Origin: an uncultured bacterium | GTDB lineage: Bacteria; Krumholzibacteriota; Krumholzibacteriia; Krumholzibacteriales; Krumholzibacteriaceae | Length of the DNA stretch: 64,000 nt | Direction: 5' to 3' | NCBI GenBank assembly: GCA_963786935.1 | Contig: CAWBAN010000002.1 | Span: forward strand, 96,001-160,000 | Part shown: positions 18,997 to 28,622 of the stretch, in pieces | Position numbering within the stretch: the first letter of the stretch is position 1 | How the letters are laid out: the number at the start of each line of letters is the position of its first letter | Notes under the pieces: generated by a model | The model's database searches: none | What the model was told of the DNA's origin: nothing | The model's input: the letters and a program-made list of their open reading frames with translations, nothing else | Position numbers and translations under genes: made by a program

Positions 18997-19902
18997 ATGA
19001 GCGACGTGCCTGTCAAGAAGCGGGACCAGTGGGACAAGATAGACATTCTCCTGCGTCCGGTGGGCGGTCTGCTCACGGCGGCGGCGATCGCGCTGATCGG
19101 CTTCATGACCTCGAGCGCGCTGAATCAGCGGCAGACGGCCGACACGAACACGCGCCTCTATACCGAGCTGATGAGCCGACGCGAGGAGTCGGAGAGCGCG
19201 CTCCGCAAGGACATGTGCGTCTCGATCATCAACTCCTTCGTGAACCCGCGCGACACGGGGCTCGGGCCCTCGGTCCTCAACCTCGAGATGCTCGCCTACA
19301 ACTTTCACGAGTCGCTCAACTTGAAGCCGCTGTTCGAGGAGATGCGCCGCCGCGTGATCGCCGCGCGGCTCGAAGCGAGGACGCCGGAGGCGCGGGCGGA
19401 GAATGACGCCTACCTCGCGCGCCTCGAATCGACGGCGGGAGAGATCGTGCGCCGGCAGATGATCGTCCTCGAGGGCCACGGCAGACGCTTCGACCGCACG
19501 ATCGACCTGACGGGCGATCCGGAGGGCACGAGCCTCGAGCCGGAGGCGCTGACGCTCGACGGCATCACGACGACCTTCGCGATCGACATCCTCGGAGTCG
19601 ACCGCGAGAACCGCGAGATCCAGATAGGGCTCAGCATCGAAACCCCGGACCCGGAGCTGGGCCGCCAGACGAAGGTGGCGACCTTCGGCGTCACATACTA
19701 CGATTTTCCGATGATCGACAACACGCGGCTCGTGGGCGGGCAGCGCTGCTCGGTGGTGCTGAACGGCATGTCGGATCAGTCCGCCGACATCACGCTCGTC
19801 CTCTTCCCGGGGACCTATGCGAGCCTCAAGGAGAAGCCGTACTACGACGAGGTAATCCAGAGCATTTTGAGCGCCGGCCGGAAGAAAGGTGGAAGCGAAT
19901 GA
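18997..19902 (+). CDS. Hypothetical membrane-anchored protein
   Basis: Single N-terminal TM (LLRPVGGLLTAAAIALIGF), normal codon bias, tightly packed with neighbours. Confidence 0.7.
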   Translation: MSDVPVKKRDQWDKIDILLRPVGGLLTAAAIALIGFMTSSALNQRQTADTNTRLYTELMSRREESESALRKDMCVSIINSFVNPRDTGLGPSVLNLEMLAYNFHESLNLKPLFEEMRRRVIAARLEARTPEARAENDAYLARLESTAGEIVRRQMIVLEGHGRRFDRTIDLTGDPEGTSLEPEALTLDGITTTFAIDILGVDRENREIQIGLSIETPDPELGRQTKVATFGVTYYDFPMIDNTRLVGGQRCSVVLNGMSDQSADITLVLFPGTYASLKEKPYYDEVIQSILSAGRKKGGSE

Positions 19903-20630
19903 AGAAACTCATCATCGTCCTGGCCGTCATCGCGGCGATCGTCGTGGTCGCCCTGATCGTCGCGGTATCGAATCTCGACAAGCTCATCGCCAAGGGGATC
20001 GAGAAGGGCGGCAGCGAGGCGACGCAGACAAAGGTCAGCGTGTCCGGCGTCGACATCTCGCTCCGCGAGGGACGCGGGTCGATCAAGGGGCTGCGCGTGG
20101 AGAGCCCGGAGGGATTCGGCGCCCGCACGGCGCTGTCCCTCGAAGACATCACCATCGCCCTCGACATCAAGAGCGCGGGCGAGGATCCGATCGTCATCGA
20201 CGAAATCCGTATCAAGGCTCCGGTCGTGAATGCCGAGATTACGCAGGCCGGCGAGACCAACATCAACGTGCTCAAGAAGAGGGTGGAATCGTACCGCGGG
20301 AAGGTGACGGTGGGAGGGGGAAATTCGGGCGAGCCGGGCAAGAAGCTCAGGATCATGAAATTCGTTTTCGAGGAGGGGCGCATCGAAGTGGACGCGTCCG
20401 CTCTCGGGATCGAAAAGAAAACGATCGTTCTTCCCGAGATCCGGCTGAACGATATCGGCGGCGCGACGGGCGCCACGCCCGAAGAGATCGCCAAGGAAAT
20501 TCTGACGGCCGTGGCCCGGCAGACGTCCTCGGCGATCGCCGATTCCGGGATCGACGGATTGATCAAGGACAAGCTCGGCGAATCGGCCGTCGACAAGGCC
20601 AAGGGAGTGCTCGAGAAGGTTTTCAAGTAG
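19899..20630 (+). CDS. AsmA-like N-terminally anchored protein
   Basis: MKKLIIVL TM anchor; VSVSGVDISL, IKGLRVESPEGF, IVIDEIRIKAP resemble AsmA N-terminal beta-taco segments. Confidence 0.6.
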   Translation: MKKLIIVLAVIAAIVVVALIVAVSNLDKLIAKGIEKGGSEATQTKVSVSGVDISLREGRGSIKGLRVESPEGFGARTALSLEDITIALDIKSAGEDPIVIDEIRIKAPVVNAEITQAGETNINVLKKRVESYRGKVTVGGGNSGEPGKKLRIMKFVFEEGRIEVDASALGIEKKTIVLPEIRLNDIGGATGATPEEIAKEILTAVARQTSSAIADSGIDGLIKDKLGESAVDKAKGVLEKVFK

Positions 20631-20642
20631 AGGGAGGCTCTC

Positions 20643-21383
20643 GTGCGGTGCGCGAAGCGCATATCACCGCCGCTTCTCGCGGCGGCGCTCGCGGTTATCG
20701 CCTTCGCTGCTTCGGGCTGCGCCACGCTCCAGCAGACGATGGGCGCCGTATTATCGGCGGATTCGACGGGCGGCACGCTCGACGAGCCCACGGTCATCGC
20801 CGGCATCAAGGAGGCCCTGAAGGTCGGCACGGAGAACACCGTGATCTCGACCTCGAAGCTGGATGGATTTCTCAGCAATGAGTTGATCCGGATCGCCGTG
20901 CCCGAGCAGATGACGACGGTCGCCTCGACGCTGCGCAAAGTTGGATTCGGGAGCCAGGTCGACGAGCTCGAGGTCGGCATGAACCGGGCGGCGGAGCGCG
21001 CAGCCGGGGAAGCGAAAGAGGTCTTCTGGACCGCCATCAAGGGGATGACCGTCTCCGACGCATTCGGCATTCTCGACGGCGGGAGCACGGCGGCCACGGA
21101 TTATTTCCGAGCGAAGACCTCCGCGACGCTCAAAACCCGCTTCCAGCCCATCGTCGAGGAGAAGATTCAGGAGGTCGGGGTCTCGCGCATGTACACAAAG
21201 GTCGCCGACACCTACAACAGCCTCCCGCTCGCCGGCACGCAGAAGATGGTGGATCTCGACGAGTACGTGACCGACAAGGCGCTGTCGGGGCTCTTCACCG
21301 TGCTCGCCATGGAGGAGCAGAGGATCAGGGAGGATCCCGTGGCCCGCACGACGGATTTGCTGAAGAAAGTCTTCGGGCGCTGA
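20643..21383 (+). CDS. DUF4197 family lipoprotein
   Basis: Lipobox ASGC; GIKEALKVG, MNRAAERA, AATDYFR, EEQRIREDPVARTTDLLKKVFG. Confidence 0.88.
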   Translation: MRCAKRISPPLLAAALAVIAFAASGCATLQQTMGAVLSADSTGGTLDEPTVIAGIKEALKVGTENTVISTSKLDGFLSNELIRIAVPEQMTTVASTLRKVGFGSQVDELEVGMNRAAERAAGEAKEVFWTAIKGMTVSDAFGILDGGSTAATDYFRAKTSATLKTRFQPIVEEKIQEVGVSRMYTKVADTYNSLPLAGTQKMVDLDEYVTDKALSGLFTVLAMEEQRIREDPVARTTDLLKKVFGR

Positions 21384-21425
21384 GCCGCCGGCCGCGGCGC
21401 ACGGCAGCGTGCGGCGCTTCGCGCG

Positions 21426-21455
21426 AAAAAAAAGGCGCCCGATGTCGGGCGCCTT
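21426..21455 (-). terminator. Rho-independent terminator of hsp20 (possibly bidirectional)
   Basis: GGCGCCCGA-TG-TCGGGCGCC stem preceded by A8 on +, giving a U-tract on the minus strand; lies between convergent genes. Confidence 0.75.
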
Positions 21456-21507
21456 GGGGACTGGCCGCTGGTTGCACGCGGCCGGGCACTCTGGAGGCAG
21501 GCCAGAG

Positions 21508-21951
21508 CTACTTCACTTGCACTTCGATCTGCTTGGGCTTCGGCTTCTCCGTTTTCGGAATCTCGAGCTTGAGCACGCCGTCCTTGAACTCGGCGACGAT
21601 GCCGTCCTTGTTCACGTTCTCGGGGAGCATGAAGGTCCTGACGAACTCGCCGTAGTACCGCTCGCAGAGGCGGTAGTTCTTATCCTTCCTTTCGTCCTCG
21701 ACCTTCTTCTCGCCGCGGAGCGTGAGCGTATTGTCCTCGACCTCGATCTTGATGTCTTCCTTCTTCAGGCCGGGCAGATCCGCGACGAGCTCGTAACCGC
21801 CGTCCTGCTCGACGATGTCGACGCGGGGCGCCCAGCGTATGAATCTCGTCTCGTCCCCTTGCTTGTCGACGCCGAAGAAATTGCCGAGGAGCATGTCCAT
21901 ATCCTGAAGCCCGAGCATGTCCCTCATGGGATTGCATCTGACGATAGCCAT
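21508..21951 (-). CDS. Small heat-shock protein Hsp20/alpha-crystallin family
   Basis: Start MAIVRCNP after GGAGGTG RBS; PRVDIVE, ADLPGLKKEDI, ERYYGEFVRTF, FKDGVLKLEIPK, C-terminal IEV motif. Confidence 0.95.
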   Translation of the reverse strand: MAIVRCNPMRDMLGLQDMDMLLGNFFGVDKQGDETRFIRWAPRVDIVEQDGGYELVADLPGLKKEDIKIEVEDNTLTLRGEKKVEDERKDKNYRLCERYYGEFVRTFMLPENVNKDGIVAEFKDGVLKLEIPKTEKPKPKQIEVQVK

Positions 21952-22028
21952 TTCGGCACCTCCTGCTTCTACTGTTTCACGTTCGCAATCACAAATCCGA
22001 TACAACTGCTTTCTGCCGAGGTAATATC

Positions 22029-22044
22029 GCAGGAGGCGTGCCAA
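22029..22044 (-). promoter_or_regulatory. Putative sigma54 (-24/-12) promoter of hsp20
   Basis: Minus strand TTGGCACGCCTCCTGC = GG-N10-GC with the TGGCACG consensus half. Confidence 0.7.
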
Positions 22045-22276
22045 AGCGAAACGCCAACCCAACTCATTGAAAAGTAATGCGATAGGAAATTTGTTGAAAA
22101 CTTGACGGATTGACCGGGCGGATTTCCCCTGCCAAAATGTGCCAAGCGGCCGAAAAAGCGGCGCATCGAATGCCAATATGGCAGAGACTGTCTGGCTGAT
22201 GATTCATGGCGATATGACATGTTGGGGGGCGCAGTGATCCCGGGCGCGGGGCCGGCGCATGAGCGCGTCCGTCCGG

Positions 22277-24043
22277 CTAACGGCGTTTCTTGTGCACGAT
22301 GGAAAGAAGCTCGCGGGCGGTCCTCGTATTGAGAATGTTCTTCTTCTCGAGCCAGCCGCGGCGCGCGGTGCCGATGCCGTAGACCATGTGGTCGAGCTCG
22401 GCGAGGACGTGGCTGTCGGTGCCGATGCCGATCATAACGCCGGCCGCGGCCGCGGCGCGGCAGCTCGCCGCGTCGAGATCGAGGCGCGCCGGATGCGCGT
22501 TGATCTCGATCGCCGTGCCGGTGCGCGCGGCGGCGCGGATGACCTCCTGCATATCGATCTCGAACGCGTCGCGGATGCCGATGAGGCGCCCCGTGGGGTG
22601 CGCGAGAATTCCGGCGTATGGATTCTCCATCGCGCGGACGACGCGCGCGGTCATCTCGTCGCGCTTCATCTTGAATTTCGAATGAATCGCGACATAGGCG
22701 ACGTCGAGCCGCGCGAGAAGCTCATCGCTCATGTCGAGCGTCCCGTCGGGGAGAATGTCCACCTCGCTTCCCTTGAGGAGCTTGAAGCCCTTGAGCTTCG
22801 CGTTGACGCGGTCGATCTCGGCGAGCTGCTTGCGGAGACGCTCGGGGGAGAGGCCGTTCGCGATATGGAGGCCCTGCGAGTGGTCGGTGATGAGCATGTA
22901 CGAGTAGCCGCGCTTCTTCGCCGCGGCCGCGATCTCTTCGAGGGTGGCGGCGCCGTCGCTGTAGTTCGAGTGGCAGTGGAGATCGCCGCGGATGTCGCCG
23001 ATCTCGACGAGCGTGGGGAGCTCTCCGCCGCGCGCGGCCTCGATCTCGCCCGAGTCCTCGCGGATCTCGGGCGGGATGTACGGGAGACCGAGCATGCGGT
23101 ACACCTCTTCCTCGGTCTTTCCCGCGACGCGAACCTCATTCGCCTGCGCGCCGGCCTTCTTGCGCGCGGCTGCATTCGCGCCTGCTGGCTGGAACACTCC
23201 GTATTCGCTCAGCTTCATTCCCTTTTTGATGGCGATCTCACGGAGCCTGATATTGTGCTCCTTCGAGCCGGTGAAGTAGTTGAGCGCCGAGCCGTACGAT
23301 GCAGCCTCGACGACGCGGAGATCGGCCTGGATTCCCTCGCGCGTGACGACGCTTCCCTTCGTGGAGCCTTCGGCGAGAATGCGCGAGACGTCGTCGAGAT
23401 GCGTGAAATGCTCGATGACCTTCTCCGGCGCGGAGGAAACCACGAGAATGTCGATATCGCCGACCGTCTCTCGGAAGCGGCGCAGGCTCCCCGCCACCGA
23501 TATTTTCTTCACCTCGGGAAGCTCCTCGAGCGCAGCGACGATGCGCCGGGCGAGCGGCAGCGCCGTGCCGATCGGTGTGCGGGCGCTCGCGCGGCTCAGG
23601 AACTCGAGCCCCTTGAGAATGTTCTCCTCGGTCTTCGCCTTCATTTTGGGCAGCTCTTGAATGCGATGCTCGAGAGCCGCGTGCCGCAGCTCGTCGAGCG
23701 AGTTGATGCCGAGCTCGGCGTGCAGACGGACGGCCGTCTTCGGGCCGATGCCGGGGATCCGGAGCATGTCGAGGAGCACCTGCGGCGTTTCCTTGCGGAG
23801 CTCGTTGAGATAATCGATCTCGCCGCTGTCGAGATACTCGGCGATCTTCCCGGCGAGATCCTTGCCGATCCCCGGGAGCTCGTCGAGCTTCTGCTCTTCG
23901 GCGACGTCCTCGATGGGCATGGAGAGCCCTTCGATGTTCTGCGCGGCGCGCCGGTAGGCGTTCACGCGGAAGACGTTCTCTTGCTTGAGCTCGAGAATGT
24001 CGGCGATTTCGTTGAAAAGTGCCGCGATTTCCCTGTTCTTCAT
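22277..24043 (-). CDS. polX: DNA polymerase X family / PHP-domain 3'-5' exonuclease (PolX)
   Basis: GSLRRFRETVGDIDIL and QADLR catalytic Asp residues, YFTGSKEHN; PHP motifs DLHCHS, TDHS, HPTGR, TDSH. Confidence 0.95.
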   Translation of the reverse strand: MKNREIAALFNEIADILELKQENVFRVNAYRRAAQNIEGLSMPIEDVAEEQKLDELPGIGKDLAGKIAEYLDSGEIDYLNELRKETPQVLLDMLRIPGIGPKTAVRLHAELGINSLDELRHAALEHRIQELPKMKAKTEENILKGLEFLSRASARTPIGTALPLARRIVAALEELPEVKKISVAGSLRRFRETVGDIDILVVSSAPEKVIEHFTHLDDVSRILAEGSTKGSVVTREGIQADLRVVEAASYGSALNYFTGSKEHNIRLREIAIKKGMKLSEYGVFQPAGANAAARKKAGAQANEVRVAGKTEEEVYRMLGLPYIPPEIREDSGEIEAARGGELPTLVEIGDIRGDLHCHSNYSDGAATLEEIAAAAKKRGYSYMLITDHSQGLHIANGLSPERLRKQLAEIDRVNAKLKGFKLLKGSEVDILPDGTLDMSDELLARLDVAYVAIHSKFKMKRDEMTARVVRAMENPYAGILAHPTGRLIGIRDAFEIDMQEVIRAAARTGTAIEINAHPARLDLDAASCRAAAAAGVMIGIGTDSHVLAELDHMVYGIGTARRGWLEKKNILNTRTARELLSIVHKKRR

Positions 24044-24135
24044 ATGGGTGCGATTCTAGCACAGGACAAGGGGCCGGAGTATTCCCTTTCCGCGCGCTCG
24101 GAGCGTGCGTTATCATTCAGGCAGGGGGAGGCGCC

Positions 24136-24822
24136 ATGTTCAATCGACTGTCCCGGGCATGCCTTTTGGGGGCGTCGGGAATTCTGTTTCTTGCGCTCCT
24201 CGCGGTGCCCGGATGCTTCACCTACTCCTCCTATCAGTCGGCGCGGATCGTCGAGCGGGGAGAGCCGCAGGTAACGTTCGCCGTTTCGAGCAGCGGGATC
24301 CTCGACGTCCCCGAGGACGAAGACGCGAGGTGGTACGCCTTCGAGACGTGCCTTCGCGGCGGCCTCGCGGATCGCGTCGACGGCGCCCTCACGCTTTCTA
24401 TCTTTTCGAACACACCGGAGGAGTGGGGGGCGGCGGTCGTCACCGCGGACATGCGCGTCGGCATCATCCGGGATTATCTCGCGTTCACCCTGCCGGTGAG
24501 CGTCACCGTGGGAGATTTCTACCTCGCCTCGCTCCGCATGCAGCCGGGGCTCGTGGGATCCGTGCCAATCGGCGCGAGGCTGGAAATCACGGGAGCGGCG
24601 CGGGCCCATGTCTTCGTGCGCTACACCGATCTCTTCGCCATGGGATACAACATCGGATTGGGCATCAGGGACGATTCCGGCAAATGGACGCTCCGGCCGG
24701 AAGTCGGATGGATGGTGTTTCGGGATGAGGTTGACTACGATCAGCCGACCTATTTCCAGTACGGGATAGGGCTCGAGTTCGGGAGCCCGAAACCGAAAAC
24801 CGGGCAGAAACGCGATCCATAG
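24136..24822 (+). CDS. Hypothetical outer-membrane/lipoprotein (beta-strand rich)
   Basis: GGGGAGG RBS, signal ending VPGC, amphipathic strands ending FQYGIGLEF. Confidence 0.6.
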   Translation: MFNRLSRACLLGASGILFLALLAVPGCFTYSSYQSARIVERGEPQVTFAVSSSGILDVPEDEDARWYAFETCLRGGLADRVDGALTLSIFSNTPEEWGAAVVTADMRVGIIRDYLAFTLPVSVTVGDFYLASLRMQPGLVGSVPIGARLEITGAARAHVFVRYTDLFAMGYNIGLGIRDDSGKWTLRPEVGWMVFRDEVDYDQPTYFQYGIGLEFGSPKPKTGQKRDP

Positions 24823-24838
24823 AGGAACGCAGTAAGCG

Positions 24839-24868
24839 TTGATTTATAGCGGGTTCCTCCTGTACAAT
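24839..24868 (+). promoter_or_regulatory. Putative sigma70 promoter for the propeller/ABC cluster
   Basis: TTGATT-N18-TACAAT upstream of an AGGAGGAGG RBS. Confidence 0.45.
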
Positions 24869-24918
24869 TCCCCGTGCGACATCCTTCCCGATCCGCCCTT
24901 ACCAGGAGGAGGTTTCCC

Positions 24919-26730
24919 ATGCGCCATCTCGGGGGCCGCGGAGCTGCGATGACGCTCTTGGCGCTCGTAGCGAGCGTTCTCGTCCTTTCGAGCTGCGAGA
25001 AGACGGTGACAGAGACCGAGTACGTGGAGGTGCCGGGATCGTGCAGCCAGCTCTACTCGTGGAAGTCGGTGTGGCCGCCGCTCACCTCGAACAGCTACTA
25101 CGCCGTATACGGCTCGTCCGAGAGCGACGTGTTCGCCGTCGGCGATTTCGGCAATATCGGGCATTTCAACGGAACGAGCTGGTCGCTCGCGAGCGCGGGA
25201 TTCGCCGGCGGATTCCGCGACGTCTGGATGAGCTCGGCGACGAGCGGGTACGCGGTGGGAGACGGCGGAGCGTATAAATACAACGGGACATCGTGGAGCC
25301 CCCTGTTCAATACGGGGAGCAGCTATTACACCTGTGTCTGGGGCTCCGGCGAGAACGACGTCTGGTGCGGCACCACGTCGAGCTACTTCTCACACTGGAA
25401 CGGGACGAGCTGGAGCACCGCGACGCTCGCGTCATACAACTACTTTCAGGACATGTGGGGTTCGGCCTCCAACGACATCTGGGCGGTGGGGCAGAGCGGC
25501 ACGACGAACCTCGCGACGGTCTGGCATTACAACGGAACGATCTGGTCGGATGTGACGCCGCCGGGGCTGACGAACAGCACGTTCTATTCGGTCTGGGGCA
25601 CGGCTTCGAACAACGTGTACGTCGTCGGCGACGGATCGACGATCCGCCGCTGGAACGGCTCGTCGTGGGGCACCATGAGCACCACCGGCCTCCCGGCAAG
25701 CGATACCTTCAGGGCGATCCGCGGCAGGAGCGCGAGCGATATATACGCCGCGACATACGGCGTGATCTATCACTTCACCGGCTCGTCGTGGGCCGCGGAG
25801 GACATGAGCTCGCTTCAAATGTATCCGTACATTCACGACCTCTGGATCGGCCCGACGAGGCTGTTCGCCGTCGGGGAAGCCGGCACGGCCATCTCCTATG
25901 ACGGCGCCGAGTGGCGCAACGAAAACGGCGGCCGGTGGCACCAGCTGCAGGATGTCTGGACGGGGGGGCCGAATGAAGCCGTCGCCGTCGGATGGGACGG
26001 AGCGGTTCTCGAGTACGACGGCACGACCGTCACCGACATGAGCGTGCCGAGCGCGCCGAACAACTTCTACGGAATAGCGGGGAGCCACGACAATCTCTAT
26101 GTCGTCGGCAACGCGGGCCGGGTGCTGCACTACGACGGGAGCTCGTGGGGGGACATCACCGACACGGACGTCACGACGAGCTCGCTGATGGACGTCTGGG
26201 CCTCCGGAACGGAGGCCTTCGTGGTCGGCTCCGGCGGCACGATCGTCCGGATAACCGGCACGACGCTCGCCTCGATGGAGAGCGGCACGATCAAAGAGCT
26301 CTACGGAGTATGGGGATCGTCGACGAGCGACGTGTTCGCGGTGGGAGAGAGCGGGACGATCCTGCACTACGACGGGAGCTCCTGGAGCGCGATGGACTCG
26401 GGCGGCTACGACGACTACTTTCTCAGTGTCGCGGGGAGCGGACCGAACGACGTGTACGCGATCTGCTCGCGGGGATTCATGCTCCACTACGACGGCTCGA
26501 CGTGGGAACGGATGCCGACCCCGATCAGCTCGTCTCAGGCCCGCCTCTGGATGTCCGGGCCCAAGGATCTGTTCGGCTTCTCGTACAACTTCGTCTACCA
26601 CTTCGACGGGGCGAGCTGGGTCGCTTTTCCGTACATGACGAACACGACGCTGAATAACATCGCGGGGAGCGGGCCGTCGAACGTATTCGCCGTCGGAAAT
26701 TACAGCACGATTCTGCGGTACGGGCCGTAG
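24919..26730 (+). CDS. Lipoprotein with 14 WD40/YVTN/BNR-like repeats (probable double beta-propeller)
   Basis: Lipobox LSSC; 14 ~40-aa repeats of type VWGSSxxDVFAVGxxGxILHYDGSSW. Confidence 0.8.
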   Translation: MRHLGGRGAAMTLLALVASVLVLSSCEKTVTETEYVEVPGSCSQLYSWKSVWPPLTSNSYYAVYGSSESDVFAVGDFGNIGHFNGTSWSLASAGFAGGFRDVWMSSATSGYAVGDGGAYKYNGTSWSPLFNTGSSYYTCVWGSGENDVWCGTTSSYFSHWNGTSWSTATLASYNYFQDMWGSASNDIWAVGQSGTTNLATVWHYNGTIWSDVTPPGLTNSTFYSVWGTASNNVYVVGDGSTIRRWNGSSWGTMSTTGLPASDTFRAIRGRSASDIYAATYGVIYHFTGSSWAAEDMSSLQMYPYIHDLWIGPTRLFAVGEAGTAISYDGAEWRNENGGRWHQLQDVWTGGPNEAVAVGWDGAVLEYDGTTVTDMSVPSAPNNFYGIAGSHDNLYVVGNAGRVLHYDGSSWGDITDTDVTTSSLMDVWASGTEAFVVGSGGTIVRITGTTLASMESGTIKELYGVWGSSTSDVFAVGESGTILHYDGSSWSAMDSGGYDDYFLSVAGSGPNDVYAICSRGFMLHYDGSTWERMPTPISSSQARLWMSGPKDLFGFSYNFVYHFDGASWVAFPYMTNTTLNNIAGSGPSNVFAVGNYSTILRYGP

Positions 26731-26749
26731 AGGACCGCGGCGGACGCGG

Positions 26750-27703
26750 ATGGGGACCGAGAGGCGAAAGCGAGGAGATACGCGAATGAACATGACGCGG
26801 GCGGGCCGGCGCATTTCGGCCGCGGCAATCGTTGCAGCATGTGGAATCTTCGTGCTCGCTGCGCTCGCAGGCTGCGGCGCTCGGCGCGCGGAGAGCTTCG
26901 CCGGCTCGGGGACGCTCGAGGCGACCGAGGTGACGGTTGCGGCGCAGACCCCCGGGCAGATTCTCCGTCTCGGCGCGGACGAGGGGGACGCCGTCGCGGC
27001 GGGGGACACGCTCGCCGTTCTCGACGTCGAGAAGCTCGCGCTCCAGCGGCGCCAGCTCCTCGCGAACATCGACGAGATACGGGCGAACCGGAAGCCCGCG
27101 CTCGAGACGGTGCGGCAGGCCGAGGATAATCTCGCGAACATCGAAAAAACCTACGAGCGCGTTGCGAAGCTCTCCGAGCAGGGCTCGGCGAGCCAGCAGG
27201 AGTACGACGACGTCTCGACGAAATACCGCGTTGCCAAGAGCCAGCTCGCCTCCGCGAAGGCGCAGGTGGCCGCGCTCGACGCGCGCGAGGCGACGGTGCG
27301 CGCCTCGATCGCGCTCCTCGACCGGCAGATCAGGGACGGCGTCGTGACGGCGCCGCTCTCGGGGGTCGTCACGGAGAAGTACGTCGAGCCCGGCGAGCTC
27401 GCGGCGGCCGGAAGCGCCGTGTTCAAGATCGCCGACACGAAGCGGTTCTGGATCAAGGTTTACGTCTCGGAGCGCGACCTCGGGCTCTTCGCCGTCGGCG
27501 CCACCGCCGAGGTGCGCGTTGACGCGCACCCGGAGCCCTTGGCGGGGAAAGTGGCGTGGGTGTCCCCCGCGGCCGAGTTCACGCCGAAAAACGTCGAGAC
27601 GAAGGACGCCCGCGCGGAGCTCGTCTACGCGGTCAAGGTCATGATCGATAATCCCCCCGCCGTGCTCAAGATCGGCATGCCCGCCGAGGTGCACATCAAA
27701 TGA
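26750..27703 (+). CDS. HlyD/YbhG-type membrane fusion protein
   Basis: SGTLEATEV, coiled coil, APLSGVV, AEFTPKNVET..R..LVYAVK, LKIGMPAEV. True start may be ATG at 26785. Confidence 0.9.
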   Translation: MGTERRKRGDTRMNMTRAGRRISAAAIVAACGIFVLAALAGCGARRAESFAGSGTLEATEVTVAAQTPGQILRLGADEGDAVAAGDTLAVLDVEKLALQRRQLLANIDEIRANRKPALETVRQAEDNLANIEKTYERVAKLSEQGSASQQEYDDVSTKYRVAKSQLASAKAQVAALDAREATVRASIALLDRQIRDGVVTAPLSGVVTEKYVEPGELAAAGSAVFKIADTKRFWIKVYVSERDLGLFAVGATAEVRVDAHPEPLAGKVAWVSPAAEFTPKNVETKDARAELVYAVKVMIDNPPAVLKIGMPAEVHIK

Positions 27704-28620
27704 GCGACCCCGCCGTCAGGGTCGAAGACGTCACGAAAAGTCACGGGGCCACGCGCGCGCTCTTGTCGGTGAGCCTCGCCGTCGAGCCGGGAGAGATGTT
27801 CGGGCTCATCGGGCCCGACGGCGCCGGGAAGACCACCCTCATGCGCATTCTCGCCACGCTCGTCGACGCCGACGCGGGGGAGGCGTGGGTGCTCGGTCAC
27901 TCCGTCCGGACGGCGGCCGCGCGCGTGCGCGAGCTCGTCGGCTACATGCCGCAGCATTTCTCCCTCTACTCGGATCTCACCGTCGCCGAGAACATCAAGT
28001 TCTTCGCCGATCTTTTCGGGGTGCCGCGCGCCGAGCGCGAGGAACGCACGAGGGAGCTGCTCGATTTCAGCCGCCTCGGGCCTTTCGTGAAGCGCCGCGC
28101 GGGGGCGCTCTCGGGCGGGATGAAGCAGAAGCTCGCCCTCTCGTGCGCGCTCATCCACACGCCGCGGCTCCTCCTCCTCGACGAGCCGACGACCGGCGTG
28201 GATCCCGTGTCGCGGCGCGATTTCTGGGAAATGCTCGAGCGGCTCCGCGCGCGCGGCGTGACGATCGTCGTTTCGACGCCGTACATGAACGAGGCCGCCC
28301 TCTGCGGGCATATGGCTTTTATTCACAAAGGGGAGATCCTCGCCTCGGGGACGGTCGGCGAGATCACGGCGCTCTTCGAGGGAACGGTGATCGCGGCCGA
28401 GGGGCCCGATCTCCATGCCGTCTCGGCGCGGCTCAGGGGCGCCGTCGAGCCCGAGCTCGTGCGGATCCTCGGCGACGAGGTGCAGGTGCTGGCGCTCGGC
28501 GAGCGGCGCGAGGCGGTGGCAGGTCTCGTCGAAGCGATGCGGCGCGAGGGCGTCGTGACGCGGAGCCGCGCGATTCCGCCGGGGATCGAGGACACGTTCG
28601 TCTCTCTCATGCGGGAGTGA
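27700..28620 (+). CDS. ABC transporter ATP-binding protein (YbhF N-half-like)
   Basis: GPDGAGKTT, LSGGMKQKL, LDEPTTGVDP. Confidence 0.93.
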   Translation: MSDPAVRVEDVTKSHGATRALLSVSLAVEPGEMFGLIGPDGAGKTTLMRILATLVDADAGEAWVLGHSVRTAAARVRELVGYMPQHFSLYSDLTVAENIKFFADLFGVPRAEREERTRELLDFSRLGPFVKRRAGALSGGMKQKLALSCALIHTPRLLLLDEPTTGVDPVSRRDFWEMLERLRARGVTIVVSTPYMNEAALCGHMAFIHKGEILASGTVGEITALFEGTVIAAEGPDLHAVSARLRGAVEPELVRILGDEVQVLALGERREAVAGLVEAMRREGVVTRSRAIPPGIEDTFVSLMRE

Positions 28621-28622
28621 GC

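Noticed and set aside
21952..22176. Extended N-terminus of Hsp20 given in the ORF track (222 aa)
   Set aside because: Covers the promoter region; the RBS and MAIVR start support ATG at 21951.
25020..26730. DNA-level repeats (CACTACGACGGGAGCTC...) as a mobile or diversity-generating element
   Set aside because: Explained by protein propeller repeats; no reverse transcriptase gene and no adenine-specific template/variable repeat pair was seen.
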